Source: Balanoglossus misakiensis (lineage: Eukaryota > Animalia > Hemichordata). From it: 64,000 bases of DNA. The stretch covers positions 10,920,017 through 10,984,016 of the forward strand of contig CM082592.2 of NCBI GenBank assembly GCA_040954595.2, given 5' to 3'. The position numbers were made by a program, and so were the translations under genes. Below the pieces are notes generated by a model. That model was not told the DNA's origin. It saw nothing but the letters and a program-made list of their open reading frames with translations, and made no database searches. Shown one piece after another: positions 63,012 through 64,000 of this stretch; position 1 is the stretch's first letter; each line of letters starts with the position of its first letter.

Positions 63012-64000
63012 ATGGGTTGTTTGATGTCGAAGAGGCGCCAATCTTTCGATTTTTCTCGGGCACAAGAAGGAAAATTGCGCACGTGCACGGAAGAGGATAA
63101 ATGGCAACTACTCCATGATGCTATTATAACCGACAACGGGAAAGTTTGCGAAAAGGTTCTGAAATCTGGTTTTGAAGTCAACAGTCCGGGTTCACTTGTT
63201 CACCGTCGCTGTACACATTGTAAATGCTCCGACGAACTGAGCGAAATCGAAGCATTCTGCAAAAATGGAAGCATCAGGATTCTTCACATAGCTGCGCTTT
63301 ACAGACGACCAGAAATAATGAAACAATTGCTTGACTTCGGTGCTGATCCGAACATATATGACGACAGGGGGCGGAACCCTTTACAAGTATGTGTAATGTG
63401 TTGGCCACATTTGGGAGGAAGATACCAATCCATAGAATCTTTCGGCAACACCCCGGATGAAGATGACTTGTATAAAAGGTACTTGGAGGCGTTAAAAGAA
63501 AGATGTTTGGAGTGCATCGAACTTTTGTGCAACTACAATGTTTCGCTGCACTTCGATACAGAGGAGCGTTTCACTGCAGTGCACATGGCGTCACAGTTCG
63601 ACGCCGTTGAAATTTTGAGAATTTTTTGCCGGCATTTCACTGTCGAACAACTGGACACGCGAGAAAACGTGTTCGGTTTGACGCCAGCCATGCTAGCCGC
63701 GTTTGAAGGGCGAAGACGAGCCTTGAGAATGCTATTACAGAAAGGTGTCAACATCAATGCCAAAACGATCGGGGGAAGAACGATGGTTCATCTGGCAGCG
63801 GCGAGTGGGAGAGGAGACCCCGGGGCCAGTTGTTTGAAACACCTGCTTCGACTTGGTCTGGATTCCAACGTCCAAGATGACGATGGTTGGACACCTCTGC
63901 ATGTAGCTGCGAGACACAAAGTTTGGCCACAGATCAGGACGCTGTTAGAGTACGGAGCAAATACAGAAATTCTTTGCACAAGATCGCACACTGCCCTCTA
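63012..64000 (+). CDS. Ankyrin-repeat protein, 3'-partial, with a predicted N-terminal acylation motif
   Basis: Open frame from the ATG at 63012 (MGCLMSKRRQSFDFS...) to the window end; absent from the ORF track because it has no stop. ANK motifs LHIAALYRRPEIMKQLLDFGADPN, TAVHMASQFD, GLTPAMLAAFEG..LLQKGVNINA, DGWTPLHVAAR..LLEYGANTE. Confidence 0.88.
   Translation, partial: MGCLMSKRRQSFDFSRAQEGKLRTCTEEDKWQLLHDAIITDNGKVCEKVLKSGFEVNSPGSLVHRRCTHCKCSDELSEIEAFCKNGSIRILHIAALYRRPEIMKQLLDFGADPNIYDDRGRNPLQVCVMCWPHLGGRYQSIESFGNTPDEDDLYKRYLEALKERCLECIELLCNYNVSLHFDTEERFTAVHMASQFDAVEILRIFCRHFTVEQLDTRENVFGLTPAMLAAFEGRRRALRMLLQKGVNINAKTIGGRTMVHLAAASGRGDPGASCLKHLLRLGLDSNVQDDDGWTPLHVAARHKVWPQIRTLLEYGANTEILCTRSHTAL

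Noticed and set aside
63299-63991. Four minus-strand ORFs at the window end
   Set aside because: Antisense to the ankyrin-repeat frame on +.

Overview
Eukaryotic (animal) genomic DNA. It is AT-rich with GT-AG introns and microsatellites; the gene content, including an ST8Sia-type sialyltransferase, suggests a marine invertebrate deuterostome (inference only). Most short ORFs in the supplied track are noise; the real genes were rebuilt by hand from splice sites. Left to right: (1) the 3' part of a large smoothelin-like gene on + (at least five smoothelin repeats plus a C-terminal calponin-homology domain, 2123-29508); (2) two type-I membrane C-type lectin/mucin-stalk genes on -; (3) a three-exon, signal-peptide-bearing, full-length homologue of the bacterial VioB/RebD/StaD bisindole-coupling enzyme family on + (38893-42253), which is the standout finding; (4) an ST8Sia-like GT29 sialyltransferase on -; (5) two tandem METTL27/WBSCR27-like SAM methyltransferases on -, one with a PIF/Harbinger-type MITE whose empty site survives in the paralogue; (6) a rolling-stone-like membrane protein; (7) an unknown multi-pass membrane protein with lysosomal hints; (8) two more C-type lectin paralogues on +; (9) an ankyrin-repeat ORF running off the window end. 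No tRNA, rRNA or CRISPR seen. All family assignments come from motif recognition by eye, not database searches.
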